Part shown: piece after piece, positions 11,593-20,709 of the stretch
Position numbering within the stretch: position 1 is the stretch's first letter
Layout: every line of letters begins with the position of its first letter
Assembly (NCBI GenBank): GCA_965203295.1
Contig: CBDBCZ010000019.1
Location: 2,768,051-2,832,050 of the forward strand
From: Nitrospirales bacterium
GTDB taxonomy: Bacteria > Nitrospirota > Nitrospiria > Nitrospirales > UBA8639
Direction: 5' to 3'
DNA: 64,000 bases
Made by a program: the position numbers and the translations under genes
The notes under the pieces: model-generated
What the model was told of the DNA's origin: nothing
The model's database searches: none
What the model saw: only the letters and a program-made list of their open reading frames with translations

Positions 11593-11634
11593 AATCACTA
11601 TCAAGCAAGCCTTAATCACTATCAAGCAAGCCTT
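11593..11634. repeat. Perfect 21-bp tandem duplication
   Basis: AATCACTATCAAGCAAGCCTT twice. Confidence 0.95.
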
Positions 11635-11682
11635 GGAGCCAGGCCTCGGCGGGGATGACCTCCTTCCCAACCCTTTTCAGGC

Positions 11683-11720
11683 GTATCTAAATTGGAAACA
11701 AAAAGTATCTGATCAGATAC
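11683..11720. promoter_or_regulatory. Tandem palindromic activator sites (UAS pair 2), upstream of the RiPP precursor
   Basis: GTATCTAAATTGGAAAC (from 11683) and the perfect palindrome GTATCTGATCAGATAC (11705-11720); starts 22 bp apart. Confidence 0.78.
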
Positions 11721-11834
11721 AATTTTAAACAAAGACGATATTTATTCACTGTGTATTCCTCATGAAATAATCATAAGTTAATGAAAATACTAGAATTATA
11801 TATTTGTTTCCAACCCAATCTTTTTTTATGCTAC

Positions 11835-11850
11835 CAGCATGATTTTTGCA
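11835..11850 (+). promoter_or_regulatory. Probable degenerate sigma54 promoter for the RiPP operon
   Basis: CAGCAT-GATTT-TTGCA about 115 bp after UAS pair 2; the -12 box is perfect but the -24 GG reads AG. Confidence 0.5.
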
Positions 11851-12018
11851 GTATTTCAATTTAGTTCGTTCCTCATCGACCATTTGTTTGAGGGTAAGCG
11901 TTCCTTAGCAATTTGCGAGTGAAAGTCGGTCATTTCTAAAATAGATTATGATAATAATGTACATTTTTCGTTGATCGGGAAAGGCAGAAACCGTTTTCAA
12001 TCTTATGGAGGACCCATT

Positions 12019-12195
12019 ATGGCCAATCAAAGTCATACAGATAAAGAAACAAGCTTTTCCATAACGGAAGTCCAATCGATCGCTGATTGCGTTGTAGATT
12101 CAGGATTTAGCAAAGAATTCAGCCCGAAAGAACATCCCATGGCTTGCTGCTGTTGCTATGGCTCTGCTGTCGCGGTTATTCCGGATGAGGAATAG
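12019..12195 (+). CDS. Putative RiPP (TOMM/LAP) precursor peptide, 58 aa
   Basis: RBS GGAGGA at 12007-12012; MANQSHTDKETSFSITEVQSIADCVVDSGFSKEFSPKEHPMACCCCYGSAVAVIPDEE; lies directly upstream of the E1-like, YcaO and dehydrogenase genes. Confidence 0.8.
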   Translation: MANQSHTDKETSFSITEVQSIADCVVDSGFSKEFSPKEHPMACCCCYGSAVAVIPDEE

Positions 12196-12333
12196 CCCTA
12201 GGCATAGTTTTTATTTTCTAACATGTTGCATCTTTTAGTTATATGCAACCCACTGGTTGGTGAACCCCGTGACATCCCGGTTCGATCTTCGGGGCCTCCA
12301 ACTCAAAATGAGAGCGTACCTATCGTATAGGAC

Positions 12334-13428
12334 ATGCGTATGATGGAATATTCTGATAATTCCAAAAAACTCCGGGCTTTGCCTTTTCAGATTATTGAAC
12401 TGCCTACGGGAGTCCTTATCAAACGGGGATGCGCTGTTTTAAAAGTGAGTGGTGAGGGCGCTTCATCTGCCGTCCATACTATTCTATCAGCCCTCACGAC
12501 AAGGCCATCGACGTATGAGGAGATTGCTGATCGATTTGCCGAACCCGAACGGAATATGGTGAGGCAGCTTATTCAGAAGCTAGTTGCCAAGCATCTCATT
12601 GTGAACGGGAATGAGTCAGCCGTTTCTATCAATGGTAAGGAAGGCAGTTTGGAGATTTTTTATTGGCAGTTTGGTGAAAACACCGCTCAAATAACAAACC
12701 GGCTAAACACCACGTCAATTGCCATTTTGGGCGTGAATTGCGTTTCCAGGCAACTGGCTTCTTCTCTTATCGAGTCAGGGTTCTAAACCATAGAGGTCAT
12801 AGATTACCCCCTCCTCAGAAATATCCGGCTGTTTGACGAAAAGGGAGAACTGCAAGGGTCCCAATGGCCTCTTGACAAAACCCCTCAGAACTTCAACGAA
12901 TGGTCTGGCCATTCCCACACTGAAACTTTCGACTGCTTGGTGGCCACTTCTGATTTCGACGGGCAATTCTTATTCTGTGAATGGAACAACTTTTGTGTTG
13001 AGAATCAAAAGCCATTCCTCCCGGTCATGCTTCAGGATGGAGTGGGGCAGGTAGGTCCCTTTGTCATTCCTGGCGAAACAGCTTGCTATCAATGCCTTCT
13101 GGCACGCTAAGACAGCCACAGGAGAGACCGAGACTCGTCGAAATTCATAGATGAAGCGTCATTTGAGGGGCAAACCGTTGTAGGGTTTCACCCATCAATG
13201 GCATCCATCCTTGGTGATATTGCTGCGGTTGAGCTGACTAAATTCTATGGAGGCCGTCTTCCAGGATGGAATGTGGGGACCCTGATTGAGGTGAACCTGC
13301 TCTCATCCAGAATGACTCCCCGAAAGGTCTTAAAAGTCCCGCGTTGTCATGTTTGCAGCCCGTTGCTTGTCAAAGCTTCAATGAACCCCAGTCAGAGTTT
13401 CCTTTCTTATGCGTCATCTACTCAGTAG
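12334..13428 (+). pseudogene. TOMM leader-binding / ThiF(E1)-like cyclodehydratase partner with two in-frame TAA stops
   Basis: One continuous frame with TAA at 12784-12786 and 13108-13110; N-terminal winged-helix (RRE-like) region, GPFVIPGETACYQC, KVLKVPRCHVC. Confidence 0.85.
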
Positions 13429-13437
13429 AACCACAAG

Positions 13438-14770
13438 ATGGTCCGTACTTCTTCTTCCCTCCGACGATTGCTCGATATTGTGGACTACCTTGTGGATGAT
13501 CGGGTTGGTGTTATTCGCCATGTAGGTGAAATTCCCCGCGAGGCAGGGGCGCCAGACTTTTTCCACTTTCATGCCCAAGCCTGCGACACTTCCGCTTTTT
13601 GCCACCAAAAGAACTTCTCGAATACAGGAGGGGCCTCAACCAATCGCGGGAGAGCCATGGCCAAAGCCATTGGCGAGGCGATTGAACGGTATTGTGCGGC
13701 TATTTTCGACAAGGCAGACTTTCCTTTAACAAGTTTTACGAGCGCACAATTTCATTGCATCCCGCCACATGAGTTTGCTCTGTACAGTTCCTCCCAATAT
13801 AGCCGATCAGGCTTTCCCTATCTTCTCTTTGAAGAAACGACTCCTGTCCGCTGGACTCCAATGATCGATCCTCTGAAGGAAGAACCCTTATTTGTTCCGG
13901 CAAGCATGGTGTATATCCCTTACTCTTATGACACAACCGCGGGAGAGCATCCGATTGCACAACCCATTTCAACTGGTCTTGCCTGCCATTGCAGTTGGGA
14001 AGAGGCCGCAATGTCAGCCATCGCTGAGGTCATAGAACGAGATGCCTTTACGATAACATGGCAAGCCCGTTTGGGAATGCCTCATGTTCGCCTTGACTCC
14101 TTAAGCTTCGAAAACCGTGATCTTGTGGATCGATTTGAACGCACCGGCCATTCGGTCCATGTTTTGAATATCACGCTGGATCATGGAATTCCCACGATCT
14201 TGTCGGTTCTCCAAAGCCAGGCTCCTGAGTTACCTGCTATGGTTTTTGCTGCTGCGGCTGCATTAAATCCTGAAGATGCTGTCCGAAGAAGTCTGGAAGA
14301 ATTAGCTCATACCCGTCGGTTGGCAGTGAGTCTCATGTCCACTCGCCCTCCGTTCGTTCCGACTCCTGATCATGAAAATATCCAGGACCAAAGTCATCAT
14401 GTCCATCTGTATTGCAATCAGGAGAATGTACCGCTGACTCGGTTTATATTTTCGTCAGAGCGCTGGATCGATTTTGAGGAGATTCCTGATTTCTCTACGG
14501 GTGATCCTAAGAAAGATTTATCAATTTACCTTCACAGAGTTGAATCGGTTCAGCATCGTGTCTTGCTAGCTGATTTGACCACACCAGATATCAAAGACCT
14601 AGGCCTTTCTGTGGTCCGAGCCGTCATCCCAGGGTTTCACCCCCCTGTTTATGGGACATGTCTTGCGAGCATTAGGAGGCAGGCGTTTATTGGAAGTTCC
14701 TCAAACCCTTGGATATGAAGGGATAACACGGGAAAACGGCGACAATCACTTTGCTCACCCCTATCCTTAA
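13438..14770 (+). pseudogene. YcaO cyclodehydratase (azoline-forming) with a +1 frameshift near the C-terminus
   Basis: AKAIGEAIERYC, STGLACH, AEVIERDAF, RSLEELA. The C6 run at 14640-14645 shifts the frame; removing one C gives GFHPLFMGHVLRALGGRRLLEVPQTLGY...HPYP* ending at 14770. Confidence 0.88.
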
Positions 14771-14842
14771 AGATCAACTCTTTTCAAAAGCTTAAGTTTT
14801 TCTTTTCCTATACTTTTAGGAATACGCGCCAAACGGTCAGAT

Positions 14843-14999
14843 AGGCTGTTCAAACAGGCCTGCGGGCAACCGAACCCTCGCTTCAGTTCTTTGTATCCTG
14901 CTAAGCCACTACAGCGTCTGCCGAGCTTCCGCCGCCGAAGTTCCCCTTAGGCTACGAAGGCGGGAGCCCTGCTTAGGCTGGCGGCCTTTTTAACAATCT
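14843..14999. mobile_element. MITE-like insertion between ycaO and the dehydrogenase gene
   Basis: Imperfect terminal inverted repeats AGGCTGTTCAAACAGGCC / GGCCTTTTTAACAATCT; the end motif is related to the repeats at 23.8 and 38.6 kb. Confidence 0.55.
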
Positions 15000-15013
15000 G
15001 CTAAAGTTCAACC

Positions 15014-15817
15014 ATGGTACAACCCGCTTGGCAAGACATTTTCCTTTCTCCTGGGAACCCAGATCATACATGGGAACTCTTTCACGAAAATTCCAAACTC
15101 ACTCGTTACGCAAAACCTCCGACTGATGAAGAGGTCCTCTCTAAAATGAGAGACCTGCATCATTCTTTGCCATTCGAAGGGTACCCCGTTATCGAATTGC
15201 CACGGTCTTTGTCTTCTTTGAATCTTTTCCTGGATGATGCCATGATCAAGCGCTCGTCCACACTGGATTTGATTCCCTCATCCCTTTCGCTCCGAGACAT
15301 TGCCACCCTTTTTCATCATGCCTACGGAGTCACGCGACATAATGAAGGAACCACCTTCCCTCGCCCTTTTCGTACGGTCCCTTCTGCCGGTGCTCTTTAT
15401 CCTCTTGAACTTTTTTTCCACACGGTCTCAGTGGATGGACTTTCACCGGGTCTTTACCACTATAATCCTGCTAAACACCATCTTCGGTTACTTCGGGAAG
15501 GGAACCTCACTTCTCAAGTTTCCCAATATCTGGTCCAGCCGGAGGTCGCTCATAAGGCCTCATTGCAAATTTTTTTAACGGCTGTTTTTGAACGGTCTAT
15601 TTTTAAATATGGGGACCGAGGCTACCGTTTCGTGTTGTTAGAAGCCGGCCATGTGGCTCAAAACATTAATTTAGTGTGTACTGCCATGGATTTAGCCTGC
15701 ATCAACATTGGCGGGTTCTTAGATCGTCAACTTGACGATTTTTTAGGTTTGGATGGTCTGACCCATTCTACGATTTACACAGCCATAGTCGGACAGAGGA
15801 AGCCTGAAACCAAGTAG
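15014..15817 (+). CDS. SagB/ThcOx-family FMN-dependent azoline dehydrogenase
   Basis: ELFHENSK, RTVPSAGALYPLE, GLYHYNP, KYGDRGYRFVLLEAGHVAQN. Confidence 0.93.
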   Translation: MVQPAWQDIFLSPGNPDHTWELFHENSKLTRYAKPPTDEEVLSKMRDLHHSLPFEGYPVIELPRSLSSLNLFLDDAMIKRSSTLDLIPSSLSLRDIATLFHHAYGVTRHNEGTTFPRPFRTVPSAGALYPLELFFHTVSVDGLSPGLYHYNPAKHHLRLLREGNLTSQVSQYLVQPEVAHKASLQIFLTAVFERSIFKYGDRGYRFVLLEAGHVAQNINLVCTAMDLACINIGGFLDRQLDDFLGLDGLTHSTIYTAIVGQRKPETK

Positions 15818-15825
15818 TCTCACCG

Positions 15826-17082
15826 CTAAACATTCTCCGACTCCTCACCCTTTACCAGACCTTCGGAAATCTGCTTCTGCTTCATTAATCGGAAAAAATA
15901 ACTTCGTTGAAGCTGCAGGATTTCAGCGGCTTTTGTTCGGTGTCCATTGGCCTGACGAAGCGCTTTGTCAATAAGGTACCGACCATATTGATCAAGGGCG
16001 TCGTGATAGGAAAGCCCACTCTCTTTTGGAAACACCGCGTTGTCTTCTATCGTAAGGCCTAGTTGTTCAGGGCCAATCGTCTTTTCAGACCCTAGAACCA
16101 CAGCCCGTGCAATAGTGTTATCCAGCTCACGAATATTCCCTGGCCAGTGGTAATGCAATAACTGAGACAAAGCGGCCTCGGTAAATTCCATTTTTTGTTT
16201 TCCTATTTCATTCAAATGACGGCGCAGAAAGAGTTCTACTAATCCTTGAATATCTTCCGGACGCTCGCGGAGAGGGGGCATCGAAAGACTCACAACGTTT
16301 AATCGGAAGAATAAGTCTTTTCGGAATGTTCCATCCTTGACGGCCTGGGCAAGATCTCGATTAGTCGCCGCAATGACTCGAAGGTTGACACGAATCAGTC
16401 GACTTCCTCCCACACGATGAAACTCATGGTCCTGAAGGAGACGAAGCAATTTCGCTTGAAGCTGACTAGGCATATCCCCAATTTCATCCAAGAAAATTGT
16501 GCCTTCATCTGCCAATTCAATTTTCCCTTTGCGAACGGAGTCCGCACCTGTATAGGCTCCTTTTTCATGCCCGAACAACTCATTTTCCAACAACGATTCC
16601 GTGAGGGCCATACAATTGATCACGACGAAAGGCATGCTTTGACGGTGACTCCATTGATGGATGGACCGGGCGAACAATTCCTTGCCAGTTCCACTTTCAC
16701 CAAGGAGCAACATGGAAGCATCAGAAACTGCCGCTCGCTTGGCCAACTCAATGACATCTTTCATTTTCTTGCTGTTCCCTACGATCGTGCTGTACCGGGA
16801 ACTCACCTCCGTTCGAAGATATTCTACTTCTCGCTGGCTTTCCCTATCACAATGGAAAGGTGGTCTACATTGAGAGGTTTCGTGAGAAAATCGTATACAC
16901 CTATCTTCATCGCCTCAACAGCTCTCGAGATTGTCGCGTGGGCCGTCATGACAATGATTGAAGGCGCAGCTTTCTCACCACTCTCTAGGTCGTATCTCTC
17001 TGTTTCCAATTAACATCCGAGATACCCCACCTAATGGTAGAGATAATGGGATAGATCCATCAACCGCTTCATCTAACGTCAT
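15826..17082 (-). pseudogene. NtrC-family sigma54 activator: AAA+ and Fis-HTH intact (15826-16806), receiver truncated and out of frame
   Basis: GESGTGKE, ELFGHEKGAYTGA, FLDEIG, AATNRDL, WPGNIREL and a C-terminal HTH. The receiver remnant VMTAHATISRAVEAMKIGVYDFLTKP (16824-17009) is in another frame. The 5' boundary is approximate. Confidence 0.88.
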
Positions 17083-17123
17083 GATCCTCTAGCCTCCTGC
17101 CTTGCTAAACTTCAAGGAAAATA

Positions 17124-17139
17124 TGCAAGGGTTGCGCCA
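17124..17139 (-). promoter_or_regulatory. Sigma54 -24/-12 promoter for the NtrC-family gene
   Basis: Minus strand TGGCGC-AACCC-TTGCA, about 120 bp from UAS pair 3; AGGAGG RBS downstream. Confidence 0.78.
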
Positions 17140-17257
17140 AATACAGGGTTTGAGATTCCAGCACCCGCTTTACTCGATTCTATGGGGAAAATAAAATGGT
17201 TTTATGAGTGACATTTTGACAACATGGACAAAACAGGTTAACTCAATATATCGATTT

Positions 17258-17295
17258 GTATCTTAATAGATACGGTTACGTATCTATTCAGGTCA
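17258..17295. promoter_or_regulatory. Tandem palindromic activator sites (UAS pair 3)
   Basis: GTATCTTAATAGATAC (17258-17273) and GTATCTATTCAGGTCA (17280-17295); starts 22 bp apart. Confidence 0.75.
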
Positions 17296-17402
17296 AGTTC
17301 GACGCACTCGCAAGTGTCCTCAGATGCGGCAGGAAGCCATAGCGTTCTTTCATCGAGACATCTCGTTAGACACGATGATCGAAAGGAGAGACTGGTCGGA
17401 TC

Positions 17403-18389
17403 TCATGAAGCACCAAGTTCTTCAATAATGGCAGCCGCAAGCAAGGGAAACATGATTTCATGATGGCCAATAAGGGAAAACCCTTGTCCGCCTTTCTGCG
17501 TAGGTCGCTTCACCACGTTTGTGATCGGCCGATAATGAGGCAGAAAATCCAAATTGGCAGTCGTGATGTGTTTAAGGGAATACCCGAGATTCCGGCTTAA
17601 CGTCACCGTTTTAAGAAAAACCTCTGGAAGAAGCACGGCAGATCCAAGATTGATATACACGCCGCCCTCCATTTGGGACACCACCGCGGTCAGTTTCCTA
17701 AAGTCCTTTAAGGACGCGGCTCCAATGGCTGCTCCATTTGCACTCGGATGCATATGAATGATATCCGTACCGATAGCGACATGCACGGTCACAGGAATAT
17801 TCAACTTTGCCCCTGTGGCTAGAATGCTCGTTTTCCGATTGGGAAAGGCTTTGGGATGCCTGAGCATGTACCTGCCGACCGCCTCACCCAAGCCTTGCCC
17901 TTGTTTCTCTGCTTCACCTATCGCTTCATTGAGAATTCGCCCTGTTTCTTCCGCCATGCCAAAGCGACCTGTGTTGATTTCAGCTTCGACCTCCTCAGAG
18001 GTATGACCTAAATAAGCTAATTCAAAGTCATGAATGACCACAGCCCCATTGACAGCAATCCCAGTTATGATTTGACGTTGCATCAGGTCAACAACAATGG
18101 GGTTCAGGCCAACCTTGGTGGGATGAGCTCCCATTCCGAGAATCACAGGTCGCCCACGACGCCGGGCCTGTACAATTTTTTGGGTCAAGGCACGCAGGGT
18201 CTTGACGGCTAAAATATCTGGAAGTGCTGAAAGAAACCTTCGAAAGGTACCCCCCTTTTTCCAAGGGACACAAAAATCCGATACCTTGACTTTACTGTGA
18301 CGGGTTCGCAGGGGGTAGGTCTTGAGTCGGGAGACGTCAAGAACGGGAAGGGACAGCGTCGATGTCTTTTTTTTAGGTAACGTTGGCAA
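17403..18389 (-). CDS. Conserved hypothetical protein with a deoxyhypusine-synthase-like fold
   Basis: GMGAHPTKVGL, IHDFELA, GRFGMAEETG, VTVHVAIGTDIIHMHP, GSAVLLPEVFLK, GHHEIMFPLL. Start uncertain; overlaps the end of gmhA. Confidence 0.65.
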   Translation of the reverse strand: MPTLPKKKTSTLSLPVLDVSRLKTYPLRTRHSKVKVSDFCVPWKKGGTFRRFLSALPDILAVKTLRALTQKIVQARRRGRPVILGMGAHPTKVGLNPIVVDLMQRQIITGIAVNGAVVIHDFELAYLGHTSEEVEAEINTGRFGMAEETGRILNEAIGEAEKQGQGLGEAVGRYMLRHPKAFPNRKTSILATGAKLNIPVTVHVAIGTDIIHMHPSANGAAIGAASLKDFRKLTAVVSQMEGGVYINLGSAVLLPEVFLKTVTLSRNLGYSLKHITTANLDFLPHYRPITNVVKRPTQKGGQGFSLIGHHEIMFPLLAAAIIEELGAS

Positions 18390-18954
18390 AAAGCTTCTCT
18401 TCAACGATTTCACACAACACATGGCCAAGTGTGATGTGACATTCTTGAATGCGAGCAGTCACGGTGGAGGGAACCAAAAAGGCATGGTCCACGAGTGAGG
18501 CCAGCTTTCCCCCTGGTGCTCCCGTCCACCCAATGGTCAACAATCCCTTCTTGCGTGCTATCTCGATGCCCTTGAGGACGTTAGGAGAATTTCCACTGGT
18601 GCTGATGGCAATAGCCAGGTCACCCTTTTCCCCATGAGCCTCAATCTGTCGTGCGAAAATTTCATCATATCCGAAATCATTGGAGATGCAGGTCAGAACA
18701 GCGATATCGGTGGCGAGGGCCAGCGCCGGCAAAGCAGGTCGATTCTTATGGTACCTCCCGACAAACTCAGCCGCTAAATGGGATGCATCTGTCGCGCTGC
18801 CTCCGTTCCCGAAAAGCAGCACTTTATGCCCCTCCTGAAAAGCTCGGACCAAAGAGTCACTGATGAGAAGAATCTGATCGGCATACTCGGTGACAAATCG
18901 CTGTTTGACCTCTGCAGCTTCTTCGAATCTCTTCAGGATCTCAGCCTTATTCAT
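18373..18954 (-). CDS. gmhA: Phosphoheptose isomerase
   Basis: FGNGGSATDASHLAAE, SNDFGY, ISTSGNSPNV, ARIQECH. Confidence 0.95.
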   Translation of the reverse strand: MNKAEILKRFEEAAEVKQRFVTEYADQILLISDSLVRAFQEGHKVLLFGNGGSATDASHLAAEFVGRYHKNRPALPALALATDIAVLTCISNDFGYDEIFARQIEAHGEKGDLAIAISTSGNSPNVLKGIEIARKKGLLTIGWTGAPGGKLASLVDHAFLVPSTVTARIQECHITLGHVLCEIVEEKLFANVT

Positions 18955-19064
18955 GGAAACGGATTCTATGGAAGGGGGTGCTGACTGTCAACGCAAGGAA
19001 TGATGGGGCTTCCGGACGTTTATCCCTTGTACGCCTCCAGAGGGGATGGTATAGTCCGAGGCCG

Positions 19065-20319
19065 GTGACTGCTGAACATTCCACTAAAGCCCTTCTGATT
19101 GCCCTCGTTGGTAATCCTGCCGCGGTACTTTTTTCCATTAACCGGTTGACTCCTGAACTTCTCTGCTTTTTTTGCCGGAGTCTGCAAAGACCCTCCTTGA
19201 ATCTGAAGTTCAACCTCACATTTCGAAAATGCCCCGCTTATGGGATTAGGTGATCACCGAAGATCCTCAGAATATGATCGAATCCCATCGAACCTTAGCG
19301 ACTGAGCTTCCTGGACTCCTTCAGACCTGGGAAGTGCAACCCGGGCAATTGACTCTGGATCTCTCCGATGCTACATCAGGCATGGCAGCGGCAATGGTGT
19401 TGGCTGGCCGTACAGCCTCTTCTCAGGTGATTAGCCTTTGCCAGGGAGGTCAATCCTCTGAGCAGAAAACTTTTGTCGTTGATGAAAAGGAATACCACTG
19501 GCAAGAAGGAAATCTTTGGAATGAAGAATCCAGACAAGCCCGACATGATGCCAGTATCCAGTTTAATCGCGGTGACTTCTCGGCAGCTGCTCAAAGTTTT
19601 CGCCGAATCGAGTCCCTTGTGAGTGGGAGCCAAAAATCCCTCTACCATGGCTTAGCAGAATTATCTGAAGGATATTCCCTATGGGACCACTGTGGGTATC
19701 GTCCTGCATGGGAAAAACTCAACGCCAATCTCAAGGGGCTAGAGTTAGCTTCCGTGTGGGGAGGCCCACCTGGCCTCGGCGGAGTCCTTAAGACCGTGAA
19801 GGCCAATGTGGGATTTCTTGAGCGTATTGTCCTGGATCCTCAAGAAACGAAGCTTTCTGTCGCATACGACCTTTTGGCTCATGCCAAACGACGGGTCAGC
19901 CAGAATCAACTCTTCGACATCGCGGCTATGGTTCTTCTTCGAGCACTGGAGGTCTTTGCTCAGCATCATTTATGGTCGCAATTCAAAATAAAAACGTGGG
20001 ACGCGACTGTTGATCTGCTTCCTCAAGCCCTTCAAGATACATGCCAAACGTGTTATCTGGATGACATAGACGGAAAGTATAAACTCCCGCTGCATGCACA
20101 ATTCCGAGTATTGGCTGGACTCGGCCACCCTCTGGCCAAGGTTTCTTGGCAGAATGGACGAAAATGAAACCCCTGTTGGATGCCGCTTATCATTCCACGC
20201 TCGGCCATGGGTTCCAATCTCTTAAAGGTGAGCGGTTTCACCAATTGTTTGCCGTCGTGCTGAAACTCACCAATGTAAACGAAGCCGAACTTCCCCGTTT
20301 CCCTCAGTTGGCTCTATAA
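19065..20319 (+). pseudogene. TIGR02710-like CARF-domain protein (CRISPR-ancillary type), standing alone and disrupted
   Basis: Reconstruction: KALLIALVGNPAAVLFSINRLTPELLCFF / frameshift / ...RLWD*VITEDP...LDLSDATSGMAAAMVLA...QFNRGDFSAA...GYSLWD...DLLAHAKRR...LRALEVFAQ / frameshift near 20135 / ...LLDAAYHSTLGHGF...LPRFPQL. Family assignment is by motif recall. Confidence 0.7.
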
Positions 20320-20709
20320 GTGCCTCTTGAAATCAAAATTTACTACGAGGACACCGACTGTGGTGGTGTGGTGTATTACGCCAACTATTTAAAATATTTT
20401 GAGCGGGCCAGAACGCATTATTTGGAGGATCGCGGGCTTTCAGTTGCCAGCCTCAAGGAACATGGCACACTATTCTTGGTGACGCACGCGGAGTTAACGT
20501 ATCGCTCCCCTGCACGATACGGAGAAATTCTCTTGATTGACACCGAAGTTTCGATCAATCGAAGAAGCTCTCTGACCTTCAAACACTTCATCAGAGAGCA
20601 GTTAAGCAACCGTCTTGTGGTTGAAGGTTCCGCGACCCTTGTTGTGGTAAACGGTCAGCACAAGATCAAACGGATTGATGAAGTCATTTTGAAAGCGCTG
20701 AAGAATTAG
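20320..20709 (+). CDS. ybgC: YbgC/FadM-family acyl-CoA thioesterase
   Basis: IYYEDTDCGGVVYYANYLKYFERART. Confidence 0.88.
   Translation: MPLEIKIYYEDTDCGGVVYYANYLKYFERARTHYLEDRGLSVASLKEHGTLFLVTHAELTYRSPARYGEILLIDTEVSINRRSSLTFKHFIREQLSNRLVVEGSATLVVVNGQHKIKRIDEVILKALKN

Noticed and set aside
11593..11634. 21-bp repeat as a CRISPR remnant
   Set aside because: Two adjacent units with no spacer. No repeat-spacer array was seen anywhere in the window, including near the CARF-like gene.
16417..17013. 198-aa plus-strand ORF and the many other antisense ORFs within housekeeping genes
   Set aside because: Shadow frames of well-supported genes on the opposite strand.
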